DNA from: a virus
Virus record (IMG/VR): IMGVR_UViG_3300045988_175028
DNA: 64,000 bases
Strand: one strand, 5' to 3'
Both the position numbers and the translations under genes were made by a program. The notes below the pieces were generated by a model. That model was given only the letters and a program-made list of their open reading frames with translations, did not search any database and was not told the DNA's origin. Positions 10,481 to 18,737 of the stretch are shown here, piece after piece (position 1 is the stretch's first letter; each line of letters opens with the position of its first letter).

Positions 10481-10596
10481 TTCCTTTCACCTCTTTCTTA
10501 TATTATTATATCATTTATTTTAATAAGTGTCAATTTTTTGGAGAATTTATAAGTGATTTTGACTTATAAGTAGAAAATTATAGGAGGTAAAGAAAA

Positions 10597-10884
10597 ATGG
10601 AGATGCTAACTTTAATTGTTGCGCTATCTGCCGTACTATGGTATGTAATTGACCGTGCGCATCCTCTATGGGAGAATCTTTCTTATGGGAAGTGGATTAC
10701 TCTTGTAGTCGCTGGGATTGGCTCTTTCGGTCTGGTATTTTCTTTCGGTCTAGACCTAATCTTTGCTTGCGGTTTAGTAGATAGTGTAAGTATGGCTGGT
10801 CAAATCCTAACTGGTTTTGTACTCATGTCTGGCTCTAGCGCCATTAGTGAAGTTATTGCTCGTATCAAGGGCGAAGGTAAGTAA
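10597..10884 (+). CDS. small multi-pass membrane protein (holin-like)
   Basis: 95 aa with about 3 TM segments and a charged C-terminus. Followed by a strong terminator. Confidence 0.45.
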   Translation: MEMLTLIVALSAVLWYVIDRAHPLWENLSYGKWITLVVAGIGSFGLVFSFGLDLIFACGLVDSVSMAGQILTGFVLMSGSSAISEVIARIKGEGK

Positions 10885-10928
10885 AATAGAAAATGAAAGG
10901 GAGAGGACTTTTGTCCTCTCCTCTTTTT

Positions 10929-11399
10929 TTATTGATGTAATTCCTCTTCTGTAGAAACAACCAACCAAGTTCGAATTATTTTCATAATTCCATCTATAAA
11001 AGAATTACCACCCTGAGCGTGATAATCTTGATAAACGGCGCAAACAAACTCTTTATCATATTGTAAAATTCTTTGATAGGGTAAATATTTATAGTAAATT
11101 CTTACAATATCTTTCCTAAGCATATCATTAGAAGACTTAATGAGCATTCCTAACTTTTCATCTTGCAGACGATTTTTCTCTTCAAATGTTGCTATAATAG
11201 GAGTCAAAATTTGTTCGGCAACTTTTTCGGTTGTTTTTTGGACAATCTCTTCCTGCCTTTTCTTTTCAGCTTCGATCTTCTTTTTCTTCATCTTTTGAAA
11301 CCATTCAAAATTTCCGCATACTTTTTCTAAAACTTGCCAAAAAAGAAAAATTAGAATGAGGATGCCTCCTAGGCTATTCGCAACTTCTTGGATAGTCAA
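10929..11399 (-). CDS. hypothetical protein with N-terminal TM helix
   Basis: TTG start behind a GGAGGG RBS. Sequence LGGILILIFLFWQVL. Confidence 0.5.
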   Translation of the reverse strand: MTIQEVANSLGGILILIFLFWQVLEKVCGNFEWFQKMKKKKIEAEKKRQEEIVQKTTEKVAEQILTPIIATFEEKNRLQDEKLGMLIKSSNDMLRKDIVRIYYKYLPYQRILQYDKEFVCAVYQDYHAQGGNSFIDGIMKIIRTWLVVSTEEELHQ

Positions 11400-11453
11400 A
11401 AGAAATCCCTCCTCTCTACTTCAAATTATAAGTAGAAACGAGGGACTTCCTCT

Positions 11454-11849
11454 CTATTTTTTTAGATATTCTCGATAAGCATTATCATTATGATAGCGGG
11501 TCCGGGCCAAATAAGCATCATTTAGTAAGTCCTTTACCGAAGAAATTTTATCCATGTCCCACCAAGGGATACAATAAAGAGGAATTTTATGAGAAAGACA
11601 ATAACTTATTTTTTCTCTATCTCTCTCTTGTGCTTTTAGGAAATCAGAGCGATTTTTGTAAAAGATTTTTGTAAATTCCGTATGCTGACGTCCTTGGACT
11701 TCTAAAAGAATATTCTCTTCGGGAAGGAAAAAATCAAATCTATAATATCCATGATGAAGGTCACCAAAAGTTTTTTCCTTTACAAATTTGACTTTTTCCC
11801 TATTGAGAATTTCAATTACTTTTTTCTCGTAAGATGAAACTTTATACAT
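11454..11849 (-). CDS. PD-(D/E)xK (Vsr/DUF559-like) endonuclease-fold protein
   Basis: YRFDFFLPEENILLEVQGRQH motif. The ATG at 11849 overlaps the ligase stop. Confidence 0.5.
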   Translation of the reverse strand: MYKVSSYEKKVIEILNREKVKFVKEKTFGDLHHGYYRFDFFLPEENILLEVQGRQHTEFTKIFYKNRSDFLKAQERDREKISYCLSHKIPLYCIPWWDMDKISSVKDLLNDAYLARTRYHNDNAYREYLKK

Positions 11850-12951
11850 TTCCAAAAATCTGATACCAGTCGCACTCACTCGCCATCTTATCACTTCTTA
11901 GGCGAACAGGGCGCGGATGCCTTAGACCATAACTATCAGCCATAACTTCCATTGCTGTAATCTCAATGACTTTTCCAAGATAAGATTTCCAATTCAATAG
12001 AATTTCCTCTTCAAGTCCGCTAAGATTTCCAACCTGAACCAGCTTCCCATCTTTATAAGCTCCAATTTTTAGAGAGCCAGCGCCACCAAGAAAATACATT
12101 TTTGTAATTGGTTCAATGGGATCTCCATCACTATAATTTTTATATAGAGAGTCCTCGACTTTCTCACCAGTAGATAAGTTCTCCCAGTACTTCCAGCTCA
12201 TAAGCTCTTTTCCATTGTAAAGACGAGTCGGCACGTTTGCTCCCATAATTACCACATCCAGGGTCTCTTGAAGTTCTTTCTTCACTTTGATTGTCATATG
12301 CGCGGGAGTTCGCTTGAAATAAATTGGGCAGTCCTTTCGAGTAATTACTACTCCTTCTCGTCCAGAAGCTAGATAGTCTTGAAGACGATTCCACAATTCT
12401 TTCCCATTATAATATTTAGCCCATTCTACATAAGGAGAACTTAATTGAGTAGAGATTTTTTCCAAAAGAGAAAAGCGCTCTATAGCTTTTGTATCTACTA
12501 GATTTACTCCATTATAGGCACAGATATCAAAAATATAGAAATGAAGCTTCTGGCCACTCTCTTGACGAGCAATGCACTTATCTTTGAGACATCCCAAAAG
12601 AGAGGTAATATTTTTTGAACCTTCATGTCCGGGAAGATAACATTCACTTAGGAGGACGGTCCCATTAGGTAATTGTGCCATAAAATCCTGAAGTTGGGGG
12701 ACCCATTCAATTTTATTTACGGCTTCACCCTTTACATTTTTTTTGCGGGCTACCATAAAACAATTTCCATCCTCATCCTTTATGAGACGCTGATAATAGC
12801 CATCAACTTTCAGAGCGCCATAATAATCTCCACTATAAATAGCATTTACCACTTCTGACTTTCGTTTTTCTTCAGAATAGGATGCGGGAATGCTCCAATA
12901 ACGCATACTTTCTGAATTGACCCAATCAATATCACCAATAAATCCCTTCAC
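11842..12951 (-). CDS. ATP-dependent DNA ligase
   Basis: Nucleotidyltransferase motifs: I LKVDGY, III LLSECY, IIIa FYIFD, IV EGVVIT, V IKVKK. Confidence 0.8.
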   Translation of the reverse strand: MKGFIGDIDWVNSESMRYWSIPASYSEEKRKSEVVNAIYSGDYYGALKVDGYYQRLIKDEDGNCFMVARKKNVKGEAVNKIEWVPQLQDFMAQLPNGTVLLSECYLPGHEGSKNITSLLGCLKDKCIARQESGQKLHFYIFDICAYNGVNLVDTKAIERFSLLEKISTQLSSPYVEWAKYYNGKELWNRLQDYLASGREGVVITRKDCPIYFKRTPAHMTIKVKKELQETLDVVIMGANVPTRLYNGKELMSWKYWENLSTGEKVEDSLYKNYSDGDPIEPITKMYFLGGAGSLKIGAYKDGKLVQVGNLSGLEEEILLNWKSYLGKVIEITAMEVMADSYGLRHPRPVRLRSDKMASECDWYQIFGNV

Positions 12952-13504
12952 AATTTTCTCCTTTCAAAAATAAATCCGTAAATTTATAAGCTATTTTTTC
13001 CAAATCTTCCAAAGTTCCATCATTATGGATATAAGTATTATAAGTATAGTTATGAACGTCAGAATCAGCATGGTTAGATTGAACCTGTTCATCAGTCTCA
13101 ATCCTCTCTACTATCAGAGTCCGCGCGCCAATTCTATCAACAAATTTTTGAATTTCCTTTGGTTCTCGACACATTATAAAGTAAAGGCACTTTTCTTCAT
13201 TATATCCTAGCTGCTTCCAGATTTCTTTACACCCTACATAAGAATTAATAATGTCTTTATAAGGAATATCATCCCATTGAGTCAAAATATCTTTTAGGTC
13301 TGATAGAAATTTTCTATCTTTAGGAGTTTTTTGGCCATTCCAACCACAGAATTTAGCAACCTCTTTTACAAAATCAACTGTAGAAATAATTCTACAACTA
13401 TAAGGGCCGACTCTTTTTTCCATTATTTTTTGAACCATTTCACAAAATGTATCTTTTCCTGACCTAGGTTAAGGAAAGCCGTTGACAACAACGACATTTC
13501 TCAT
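12932..13504 (-). pseudogene. P-loop (..RSGKDT) nucleotide/dNMP-kinase-like gene interrupted by an in-frame TAA
   Basis: Strong RBS (AAGAGGTG) before the ATG at 13504. Reads MRNVVVVNGFP-TAA-PRSGKDTFCEMVQK in one frame, with the stop at 13469-13471. Confidence 0.6.
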
Positions 13505-13671
13505 TCAATCACCTCTTTTATTATTATATGTAATTATATTTCTTACATATGGTCTATATAGGGCTCCCACCTATTTCTTACTCTATATCGTTTTTGTTTC
13601 TTTTTACATAAAAAGAAAATTTTCCTGCTTACAGGTTTATTTATATCATAAATCCAGACAAAAAACAAATT

Positions 13672-14115
13672 TTAGATTGATTTTCGGGCTTCTACGGCTA
13701 ACTTATCGACCTCATCATTCCAATCTTTTGAGCCCGTGTGCCCTTTTACTTTTTCAAAAGAAAACCGTTCATCCTCAAAAAAAGGAATAAGTTGTTGCCA
13801 AAGCTGGTTGTTTGCGACTGGCTCTTTTTTAGAATTTTTCCATCCATTCTTTTGCCAATTGCGAAACCATTTTTGGACATAGCAATTATGGCAATAAGCA
13901 CTATCAGTTCGAATTGTAATTTGGTCAGAGGGGCAGACTTCTTCAGCCCATCTACAAGCTGCAAGAATAGCTAATAACTCACACATATTATTTGTTGCCT
14001 CTGGAATTGGCATTGACCAACGATAAATTTCTTTACTGTCTTCTACCGCAATAAAAGCCGAACCACCAGGTCCAGGATTACCAGAACAAGCGCCGTCAGT
14101 ATAAATATAAATCAT
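13672..14115 (-). CDS. rnhA: ribonuclease H (RNase HI family)
   Basis: IYIYTDGACSGNPGPGG motif, downstream ELLAIL and TDS motifs. Start overlaps the upstream stop. Confidence 0.85.
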   Translation of the reverse strand: MIYIYTDGACSGNPGPGGSAFIAVEDSKEIYRWSMPIPEATNNMCELLAILAACRWAEEVCPSDQITIRTDSAYCHNCYVQKWFRNWQKNGWKNSKKEPVANNQLWQQLIPFFEDERFSFEKVKGHTGSKDWNDEVDKLAVEARKSI

Positions 14116-14459
14116 TTGTAATACTCCTCCCAAATTTCATCCGGAGTAGCTTCAATTTCCGTAAAGGTAAAATTTAGAAACTTCTCGATGTCGATTCCCT
14201 CGGAAAAACTCCTCGCGCGCTTAGTGTGCCGAATATCTTTAGGGGAAAATAAGTGCTTCCAGAATCCCATTCCCAAAATAATCTTTTCACTATTATTGAT
14301 ATTACTTACAAGGCGCGCGACCTCAAAAATGTACATATGAGTATGATTGCTGGGGTCAAAATTTTTGAGTTCGATTTTATTATCATGTCGTTTTGCATAG
14401 GACATTAGGTTTGTAGCTGTTCTGCTCACAGCTAAATCATACATTTGAAAATTTGCCAT
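14112..14459 (-). CDS. hypothetical protein
   Basis: ATG at 14459 behind an AAAGGAGA RBS. Confidence 0.5.
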   Translation of the reverse strand: MANFQMYDLAVSRTATNLMSYAKRHDNKIELKNFDPSNHTHMYIFEVARLVSNINNSEKIILGMGFWKHLFSPKDIRHTKRARSFSEGIDIEKFLNFTFTEIEATPDEIWEEYYK

Positions 14460-14662
14460 AATATTTCTCCTTTTACTTTTTATATTATAATTATATAATA
14501 AAATAGCCAAAAATTCAAATTTATTATATGCTAATTTGACTTTTGAGAAAATTTGTGTTATTTACGGGCGAGCGCGCGTTTTATATAAAGGTATAGGGAA
14601 AAATTTGATTTTTTAGATTTTTTGAGGTATAATTTTTATAGAAATGAAAGGAGTTGAAATAC

Positions 14663-14947
14663 ATGCGAGTTTCACCAGATGATATTATTAGATTCAATAA
14701 TCTATATTTGGAGTTAAAGACTTATGCCGGAGTAGCGAGAGAAACAGGATTTTCTGCTTCGACTGTAAAGAAATATATTATAAAGGATTATGTGCCTGCT
14801 GAAAAGGTAGAGACGCAGAAGTTTAGTGGAGACCTCCCTGAGTTTGTGTCTGAAATTTTTCGCAAACAGGATTGGGCTTCTTTTTTGGACATGACTGAGG
14901 CAGAGTATGATGAAATAAAAGAATTATGGAAGGAGATGTCTCTATGA
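14663..14947 (+). CDS. HTH-domain protein (possible transcription regulator)
   Basis: YAGVARETGFSASTVKKYI HTH motif. First plus-strand gene after the divergent promoter region. Confidence 0.5.
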   Translation: MRVSPDDIIRFNNLYLELKTYAGVARETGFSASTVKKYIIKDYVPAEKVETQKFSGDLPEFVSEIFRKQDWASFLDMTEAEYDEIKELWKEMSL

Positions 14948-15306
14948 AGAAGTATTTTTATCTGGAAGAGAGTCCTTATATGGCGACCTATCAGGCAATT
15001 TATCTCAATCATGGGAGTTTTCCTTTTGAGGGAAAGATTTATGGGTCTTTTAATTTGATGCCGGCACGCCTTTTAGGCTTGACTTATGCTCAATATCTTC
15101 GTTTTTGCAGAGACGTCCTTGGGGCGACTTTGGTGGGGAAAAATAGTAAGTATCCAGTGGCTTATTTCCGTCTTACCCCTGAAGTCCAGCAGTTTGTAAA
15201 GCTTTTGAATAAACGTGCCGAAATGGCCGTTTTTGAGCATGACCATCCCTATGATTTAGAAGTGAAATTGGATGGAACAATCGTAAAGAAAGGAGAAAAT
15301 GAATGA
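14944..15306 (+). CDS. hypothetical protein
   Basis: ATGA overlap with the upstream gene. Confidence 0.5.
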   Translation: MKKYFYLEESPYMATYQAIYLNHGSFPFEGKIYGSFNLMPARLLGLTYAQYLRFCRDVLGATLVGKNSKYPVAYFRLTPEVQQFVKLLNKRAEMAVFEHDHPYDLEVKLDGTIVKKGENE

Positions 15307-16241
15307 TTTTTTCTATTGATAAATTAGCAGGAACTCTTGATTATGAAGTTTATAAGAATTTCATGGAAAAGGTGGGTTTTCCAAAAGAACCAATGGAACT
15401 TATAGATGCTATGGGGTGGGTTCAAAATCACTCTTCGAACAAAGAAAAAGTACTATTTTCAAAGCTTTTTAGTGATTGGCGTACTTTTGTAGGAATGGGG
15501 CCACTTGAAGTAGAAAAATTCGAAGAAGTTTTTGAAATCGTAAATAGCTCTATAATTTTGAGGAGCTTCTATACAGACTCTAGTTCAAGAGTCCGAGACA
15601 GTGAGGACGTATCTAAGTCAAAGTACGTGGCTTTTAGCAAGGACATTAAGAACAGTGAGAAAATCTATTCGTCAGTAAATGTAGAGAATAGTCAATATGT
15701 TAATGCTTCTTCTGATGTTATGAGTAGTGTTGAGGTTGATAATTCCTCAAAGATAGAGCATAGCAAAAAAATTCTTGATAGTAATGAAATTTCAAATTGC
15801 TATGGAGTCTATTCTTGTGAAGAAGTAAAAGATAGTTTAGGGATTTTCAATGTTTCTACTGGAAAAGAGATTTATTTTTCTACTAATTTGAAAGACTGTT
15901 CTTATTGTCTTTTTTGTAGTAGACTAAAAGATAAAAAGTTTTTCCTTTTTAATCAAGAAATTAGCCCAAAGGACTGGTTTGTGATAAAGGAGCTATTATT
16001 GAACGAGTGGTTAGAGGAAGATAAGAATTTTTATAAAGTTATTCCTTTTGAAGATGATGATAAAGAATGGTGTGGCTTTAAAATCTCTTCTAATAATAGT
16101 GTTAGTTTTTCTTATGTAGCTCAGAGAAATTTCTTTCAAGGGCTTTCTTCAAAAATTTTGAAATATATTCGTTCTATGCCTTACTATAATGAATGGCTTC
16201 TTTATCAGATTACCATGAATCCAAAAATTTTAGAAGAATAA
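15303..16241 (+). CDS. hypothetical protein with degenerate Ser/Asn-rich short repeats
   Basis: 312-aa ORF with a run of about 9-10-aa xSxxVxNSx units (beta-helix-like). ATGA overlap with the upstream gene. Confidence 0.55.
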   Translation: MIFSIDKLAGTLDYEVYKNFMEKVGFPKEPMELIDAMGWVQNHSSNKEKVLFSKLFSDWRTFVGMGPLEVEKFEEVFEIVNSSIILRSFYTDSSSRVRDSEDVSKSKYVAFSKDIKNSEKIYSSVNVENSQYVNASSDVMSSVEVDNSSKIEHSKKILDSNEISNCYGVYSCEEVKDSLGIFNVSTGKEIYFSTNLKDCSYCLFCSRLKDKKFFLFNQEISPKDWFVIKELLLNEWLEEDKNFYKVIPFEDDDKEWCGFKISSNNSVSFSYVAQRNFFQGLSSKILKYIRSMPYYNEWLLYQITMNPKILEE

Positions 16242-16245
16242 TAAT

Positions 16246-16274
16246 TTGAAATTTTTTCTAAAATAAAGTATTAT
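16246..16274 (+). promoter_or_regulatory. class-1 promoter copy 1 (TTGAAA-N17-TATTAT), drives a tRNA unit
   Basis: Member of the 15-copy family. Leader is GTAAAGTTTGAGAGGAG. Confidence 0.6.
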
Positions 16275-16377
16275 ATATTTGTAAAGTTTGAGAGGAGAAC
16301 TCACTTAGAAATACTGAAAGATGAAAGCTCTCTTTGGAAACTTCCGGGAGAGGTGGATGCGTCCAAATCTTCCTTAT

Positions 16378-16526
16378 CCCCAACTAGCTCAGTTGGTTAG
16401 AGCACCCAACTTTATCGCATAGTTTAAAAGTAAAATAGCTGTTCTAGTCAGAAGATGCAAGGGCAGGACTTGCTGCGATAGCCAATAATTGGGAGGTCCT
16501 GTGTTCAACTCACAGGTTGGGGACCA
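16378..16526 (+). tRNA. tRNA-Ile(UAU), interrupted after nt 34 by a 72-nt tRNA-like insert
   Basis: Acceptor CCCCAAC/GTTGGGG, then A-CCA. D-arm GCTC-AGTTGGTTA-GAGC. Anticodon stem CCCAA/TTGGG. T-arm CTGTG-TTCAACT-CACAG. Residual loop CTT+ATAA. Confidence 0.7.
16413..16484 (+). ncRNA. nested tRNA-like element A (inside tRNA-Ile)
   Basis: Own acceptor stem TATCGCA/TGCGATA, then G-CCA. T-arm-like GCAAG-GGCAGGA-CTTGC. Weak D-arm and anticodon-arm mimics. Confidence 0.6.
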
Positions 16527-16613
16527 TTTATGTTTCTATATGGATTTGTGCTAAAGATGCTTGTGGGGCCTTTTGCCCTGTATAGAAACAAAAAGTGAGA
16601 TAAATGCAAACAA

Positions 16614-16656
16614 GGGGAGTGCTAAGCTCACGGGTGTTCTAGACGCCTTCTCCCCT
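16614..16656 (+). ncRNA. free-standing tRNA-like minihelix (no CCA)
   Basis: GGGGAG/CTCCCC acceptor-like stem. T-arm GGGTG-TTCTAGA-CGCCT. Confidence 0.35.
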
Positions 16657-16661
16657 AATAT

Positions 16662-16801
16662 GCTGGTGTAGCTCAGAGGCAGAGCGGCGCACTTGGGTAG
16701 TTTCGTCTAAGAAAGACACCTAATAAGGAAATGTGAGTTCAAATCTTACAATTACTACAATAATGCGCAGGTCGAGATTTCGAAATTCTCCATCAGCTCC
16801 A
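16662..16801 (+). tRNA. tRNA-Thr(UGU), interrupted after nt 35 by a 65-nt tRNA-like insert
   Basis: Acceptor GCTGGTG/CATCAGC, then T-CCA. D-arm GCTC..GAGC. Anticodon stem GCGCA/TGCGC. Residual loop CTTG+TAA. T-stem has only 4 bp. Confidence 0.6.
16696..16760 (+). ncRNA. nested tRNA-like element B (inside tRNA-Thr)
   Basis: Acceptor GGTAGTT/AATTACT (two G-U pairs), then A-CAA. D-like GTCT/AGAC. T-arm GTGAG-TTCAAAT-CTTAC. Confidence 0.55.
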
Positions 16802-16893
16802 CTAGGGTGGCAAAACTCAATTGTGGACGGTTCTAATATTGGGACCCAGACGGACAGTGCTGAGCATCACTGTATAAACTGCTCGTAAGATAT

Positions 16894-16979
16894 GCAGAGT
16901 AAACTCAGGAGGTCTGAGGCTCGCCTGCTAAGCGATGCGTACTGAAAAGTATCAGCTTCGAATGCTGTGCTCTGCGCCA
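16894..16979 (+). tRNA. class II tRNA-Ser(GCU), atypical
   Basis: Acceptor GCAGAGT/GCTCTGC, then G-CCA. Loop CTGCTAA. Long variable arm with a GAAA tetraloop. Three-nt acceptor/D connector and a reversed 53-61 pair. Confidence 0.45.
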
Positions 16980-17109
16980 TTTATTTTATAAAGAGGAGGG
17001 ATGTTTATGGATATTGATGATTTGATTTTCGAGTCCGAATATGACCGTAAGAAACACAGTACAAAGTAAAACTTGGATAATACACAAAAGTATTATCCAT
17101 ATTTTATAT

Positions 17110-17185
17110 ACGCCTGTAGCCAAGTGGTGAAGGCATCAGACTTTGACTCTGACATTCGTTCGTTCAAATCGAACCAGGCGTGCCA
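17110..17185 (+). tRNA. tRNA-Gln(UUG)
   Basis: Perfect 7-bp acceptor ACGCCTG/CAGGCGT. Loop CTTTGAC. T-arm GTTCG-TTCAAAT-CGAAC. G-CCA. Confidence 0.85.
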
Positions 17186-17194
17186 CTAAAAAAT

Positions 17195-17223
17195 TTGAAA
17201 TTTCTATAAAAATAATATATACT
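17195..17223 (+). promoter_or_regulatory. class-1 promoter copy 2 (TTGAAA-N17-TATACT)
   Basis: Family member, followed by the leader TAGAAAGTAAGAAAGGAG. Confidence 0.6.
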
Positions 17224-17253
17224 TTTTATAGAAAGTAAGAAAGGAGATACAAA

Positions 17254-17679
17254 ATGTCCCAATATCTAAATATTTTTTTGAAGTCAGATGGAAAGTTTAT
17301 TCCCATTGGAGACTACTCTCGTTCTACTTACCTTTATGATGAATTCCATGCTCCTTTTGAAAAGATTTGTGAATATAAGTCTGAGGGGCTTCGTGATATT
17401 GGTGTTCGCCTTGAAAGTAGAGCCAACGACACTGAGAAGTATATCCAGGAATTGGAGAGTTTGATTACTCTTATTCCTAAGTTCCAGGGGCAGGAGATGG
17501 AGGAGAAAGTTTCTGCTATTTTGGATTATAAGTCTCAAATTGAGGAGGAGAAAGAAGAGTTGAAGACCCTTCATTCTCAAATCTCTGTTTGTTATTTTCT
17601 AGCAAGCGTTGCAGAAGATTATGTTCCTGTTTATGCAGGAGTTGAGATTGCTGACCCGACAGACCAAGATGTAATTTGA
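17254..17679 (+). CDS. hypothetical protein
   Basis: 141-aa ORF behind the class-1 promoter/leader. Confidence 0.6.
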   Translation: MSQYLNIFLKSDGKFIPIGDYSRSTYLYDEFHAPFEKICEYKSEGLRDIGVRLESRANDTEKYIQELESLITLIPKFQGQEMEEKVSAILDYKSQIEEEKEELKTLHSQISVCYFLASVAEDYVPVYAGVEIADPTDQDVI

Positions 17680-17704
17680 AAAAGTTAGAAAAATTATATA
17701 TAAT
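17676..17704 (+). promoter_or_regulatory. class-1 promoter copy 3
   Basis: TTGAAA-N17-TATAAT plus ATATATAGAAAGTTGAGAGGAG. Confidence 0.6.
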
Positions 17705-17734
17705 ATATATAGAAAGTTGAGAGGAGAATAAAAA

Positions 17735-17851
17735 ATGATTCAGAGAGATAAGCTTCATTATGAAAATCGTCTGGCTCGTCTTATGACTAATCCGGTTGAA
17801 AATGCTAATCTTATCCGTAAGGTTCGGCGCCAGCTACGAAAACGGAAGTAA
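17735..17851 (+). CDS. small basic peptide (38 aa)
   Basis: Leader RBS GAGAGGAG. Sequence MIQRDKLHYENRLARLMTNPVENANLIRKVRRQLRKRK. Confidence 0.35.
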   Translation: MIQRDKLHYENRLARLMTNPVENANLIRKVRRQLRKRK

Positions 17852-17859
17852 ATAAATAT

Positions 17860-17950
17860 GCCGGCGTACTCAAGTGGCTGAAGAGAATGGTCTTGAAAAC
17901 CATGAGGGGTGTAAAAGCTCGCGAGCGTTCGAATCGTTCCGCCGGCGCCA
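17860..17950 (+). tRNA. class II tRNA-Ser(UGA)
   Basis: Acceptor GCCGGCG/CGCCGGC, then G-CCA. Loop CTTGAAA. 19-nt variable arm. T-arm GAGCG-TTCGAAT-CGTTC. Confidence 0.8.
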
Positions 17951-18017
17951 GCTACCTTCCCAATGGAGGTAGTATCTGACAGGTTAGCGCTCCTGTCGAA
18001 GTTCAAAGCGCATCATA

Positions 18018-18086
18018 TCCTCTTTTAGTGTAGTGGTTGCACGCTCTCCGTCAAGAGAGAAGAGTGGTTCGAGACCGCGCGGAGGA
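18018..18086 (+). ncRNA. aberrant tRNA-like element (6-nt anticodon loop CGTCAA, no CCA)
   Basis: D-arm GTGT-AGTGGTT-GCAC. Stem CTCTC/GAGAG. T-loop TTCGAGA. Acceptor TCCTCT/GGAGGA. Confidence 0.3.
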
Positions 18087-18255
18087 CGGCTTGACATTGC
18101 CGTAATGTCATTATCATCTGTTGTTCCCAATAACGACTTAGAAGCAATGATATCAATGCTTCATATTGGGTGTCAGTCATCAAGCACTTTGATGACAATT
18201 GTGAAATTCAGGCCTGTCCATGATATCGGGCGGACCGTAAAAGCCGGTGTAATAT

Positions 18256-18332
18256 GGCCCATTGGTGAAGAAGAGTATCACGCTTGCCTGTCACGCAAGA
18301 GGACACCAGTTCAAATCTGGTATGGGTCGCCA
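18256..18332 (+). tRNA. tRNA-Asp(GUC)
   Basis: Acceptor GGCCCAT/ATGGGTC, then G-CCA. Loop CTGTCAC. T-arm ACCAG-TTCAAAT-CTGGT. D-loop lacks GG. Confidence 0.75.
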
Positions 18333-18335
18333 TCT

Positions 18336-18412
18336 GGGAGTATAGCTCAGTTGGTTAGAGTGCATGACTGTTAATCATGATGTCGAAGGTTCAAGTCCTT
18401 CTACTCCCGCCA
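18336..18412 (+). tRNA. tRNA-Asn(GUU)
   Basis: Acceptor GGGAGTA/TACTCCC, then G-CCA. Loop CTGTTAA. T-arm GAAGG-TTCAAGT-CCTTC. Confidence 0.85.
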
Positions 18413-18657
18413 AATGGTAGTAAGTAGTGCAATAAATTCTTCCTAAGCCAAAGTATATAGTAGGCCAATCGAGATAATTAGGGGTAAGTATTTATGGAGT
18501 CATGCACGGCTCCGCTTATTATCATTACCATAAATCCATTGGAATTAGATGGTTGACTTGATAATGCAAAATGAACTATACAAAGCTGAAAGACATGGGC
18601 AAGCAGTCAGCATGGATGGGTGACAAGCTATTCCTATCAATCTATTCCTGTCAATAT

Positions 18658-18734
18658 AGGGGCGAATGTTCCAAGGTTGGCGAGGCGGTCTCCAAAACCG
18701 CTTGGGTGGGTTCGATTCCCAACCGTCCCTGCCA
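18658..18734 (+). tRNA. tRNA-Trp(CCA)-like, atypical D-arm and bulged T-stem
   Basis: Acceptor AGGGGCG/CGTCCCT, then G-CCA. Anticodon arm GCGGT-CTCCAAA-ACCGC. Confidence 0.5.
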
Positions 18735-18737
18735 TAC

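Noticed and set aside
13482-13790. 102-aa plus-strand ORF between the kinase-like gene and the RNase H gene.
   Set aside because: It starts inside the RBS/start region of the minus-strand gene and runs antisense into rnhA. It is hydrophobic and low-complexity, with no RBS.
16413-16484. Nested element A as an amber-suppressor tRNA. A 7-nt loop TTCTAGT would present a CUA anticodon.
   Set aside because: - The anticodon stem has only 3 bp.
- The T-loop is GGCAGGA, with no TTC.
- No in-frame TAG codons were seen in any gene.
- It is more parsimonious to treat it as a tRNA-derived structural element.
17001-17069. 22-codon ORF with a strong AGAGGAGGG RBS inside the tRNA island, followed by a hairpin.
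   Set aside because: It is too short to support as a gene from sequence alone. It could be a leader peptide or chance, so it is not listed as a feature.
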